Positions 62,830 to 64,000 of a stretch of DNA of 64,000 nt are shown piece by piece. The position numbers and the translations under genes were made by a program. The notes under the pieces are model-generated. The model searched no databases. It was not told the origin of the DNA and was given only the letters and a program-made list of their open reading frames with translations. How positions within the stretch are numbered: the first letter of the stretch is position 1; the number at the start of each line of letters is the position of its first letter. Source of the stretch: Saccostrea echinata (taxonomy: Eukaryota); NCBI RefSeq assembly GCF_033153115.1, contig NW_026889763.1:12090001-12154000 (forward strand), written 5' to 3'.

Positions 62830-63917
62830 TCAGCCCCAAGGATTATTGCCTCCACCAGGATCTAGAGAATCTGAAATGTACAATACATCAGGTACAAAAA
62901 TAATGTACAGTTATTAATTGGAAGCATGTGGTATACTTTGACTTTTATAATATATTATAAATGAAAGATGAAATACAAAGAATTTATTTGGGAAGTTTAA
63001 TTATAAGAGAATTAAAGAATAAATCTCTAAATGTTTGCTGATGATAATCACATAAAATTCATGGATCCACCTTACAAAAGAGCTTACATTTACAGTGAAA
63101 CTTATCTAATCCAGACACCACTGGCTCCATAGAAATCCCTCATTCTGAATTAGAGTTATGCTTTCGAGTGATGGAGATGTTTTTATTTACCCTGAGGAGA
63201 GGTCTAATCTAAAGTTACTCCACTAGGGGAATTGTGGTTAGACAGAGGAAGGGTGGGGGGGGGGGGGGGTTGAAGTTCCCACAGTCTGATCCAGAGTGAC
63301 TCTGTAAGGAGAGCTGTGGTAATCTTACCCTGAGGAGGGGGTGGTGTTCCCATTCTCTAATCTAGAGATACTTTGTCCAGGGGTGGGCGGTGAGTGGGTA
63401 TAACTTACCCTGAGGAGGGGTTGGAGATCCCATTCTCTAATCTAGAGATACCTTGTCCAGGGGTGGGCGGGTGAGTGGGTATAACTTACCCTGAGGAGGG
63501 GGTGGAGATCCCACACTCTGCTGGCTTGTACTGAGATTCGACCTCCGGACAGATACTTCTTTTTCTGTCATCAGACGGAGATTATTCCTAGAAATTTTCA
63601 CTGGAGTAATACTGGTGTGTGTCACAACAGCATTCCGTGCTGAACTTGGCCTTGAACCATGACCTTCACTTCTACCACTCAAGGGACGGATTTCTCTTTC
63701 CCTGCTTTAAAAGCAAATAAATATATTACATTTGGTGTATACATGTATTTATGGTTCATTAATAATAAATCTATCACGTTTCTAATTTTATTTTTTTCTC
63801 TTCAATCTCAACCTTGTACGTACTTGAGTGAGCTTGGAATGTGAGAGTGATTATTTGACATGGGAGGTAACTCTTGATCATCAACGGAGCTTTGTAGAGA
63901 GTTTAGGCCCACGTCAT
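62830..63917 (-). CDS. Last three coding exons of an unidentified gene (Ser/Pro-rich low-complexity C-terminus)
   Basis: Exons 63917-63824, 63701-63490, 62870-62830 splice in frame: DDVGLNSLQSSVDDQELPPMS...GSRPSSARN...GSPPPPQDSLDPGGGNNPWG*; candidate polyA signal at ~61441. Confidence 0.75.
63185..63512 (-). repeat. ~80-bp tandem repeat made of the exon 3' end plus 5' splice site
   Basis: CCTCCTCAGG|GTAAG recurs at ~63490 (real donor), 63409 and 63329, with a variant CTCCTCAGG|GTAAA at 63191. Confidence 0.9.
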
Positions 63918-64000
63918 CTTACAAAACAAATAAAAAACCTTAGAAACAAAGATTCTGTTATTTCCTGAACTACATGTATAATATTATATTACTAATATTC

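Overview
Eukaryotic, AT-rich, intron-containing genomic DNA, most likely from a bivalve (oyster-like, inferred from the repeat content), with one assembly gap (28162-28454). Genes reconstructed by hand from splice sites and reading frames: (1) a minus-strand secreted protein (<1-13344) with a signal peptide, a 6-Cys module and a bacterial-type beta-propeller-like domain; (2) a complete kinesin-14/KIFC1-like gene (31925-~46086, minus); (3) a tandem, motor-domain-only duplicate of that kinesin (19048-25219) whose frames and splice sites are all intact but whose switch I, switch II and relay-helix residues are altered; (4) CASC1/DNAI7 (46400-56893, plus), head-to-head with the kinesin across a ~310-bp promoter carrying a CDE/CHR element on one side and an RFX X-box on the other; (5) the last three exons of an unidentified minus-strand gene (62830-63917). 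Introns and spacers are dense with mobile DNA: a Sola-like transposase broken by one stop codon, an RTE-X-like LINE, a Penelope-like (Naiad-type) 3' end, Kolobok-, Zator-, hAT- and CACTA-like non-autonomous elements, a young foldback element, and nested Helentron-type elements carrying satellite arrays. The most notable observations are the candidate pseudo-motor kinesin-14 paralog, tandem repeats built from exon-end plus splice-donor units in two different genes, and the intron-bearing bacterial-type secreted protein. All family assignments come from motif recognition, not database searches.
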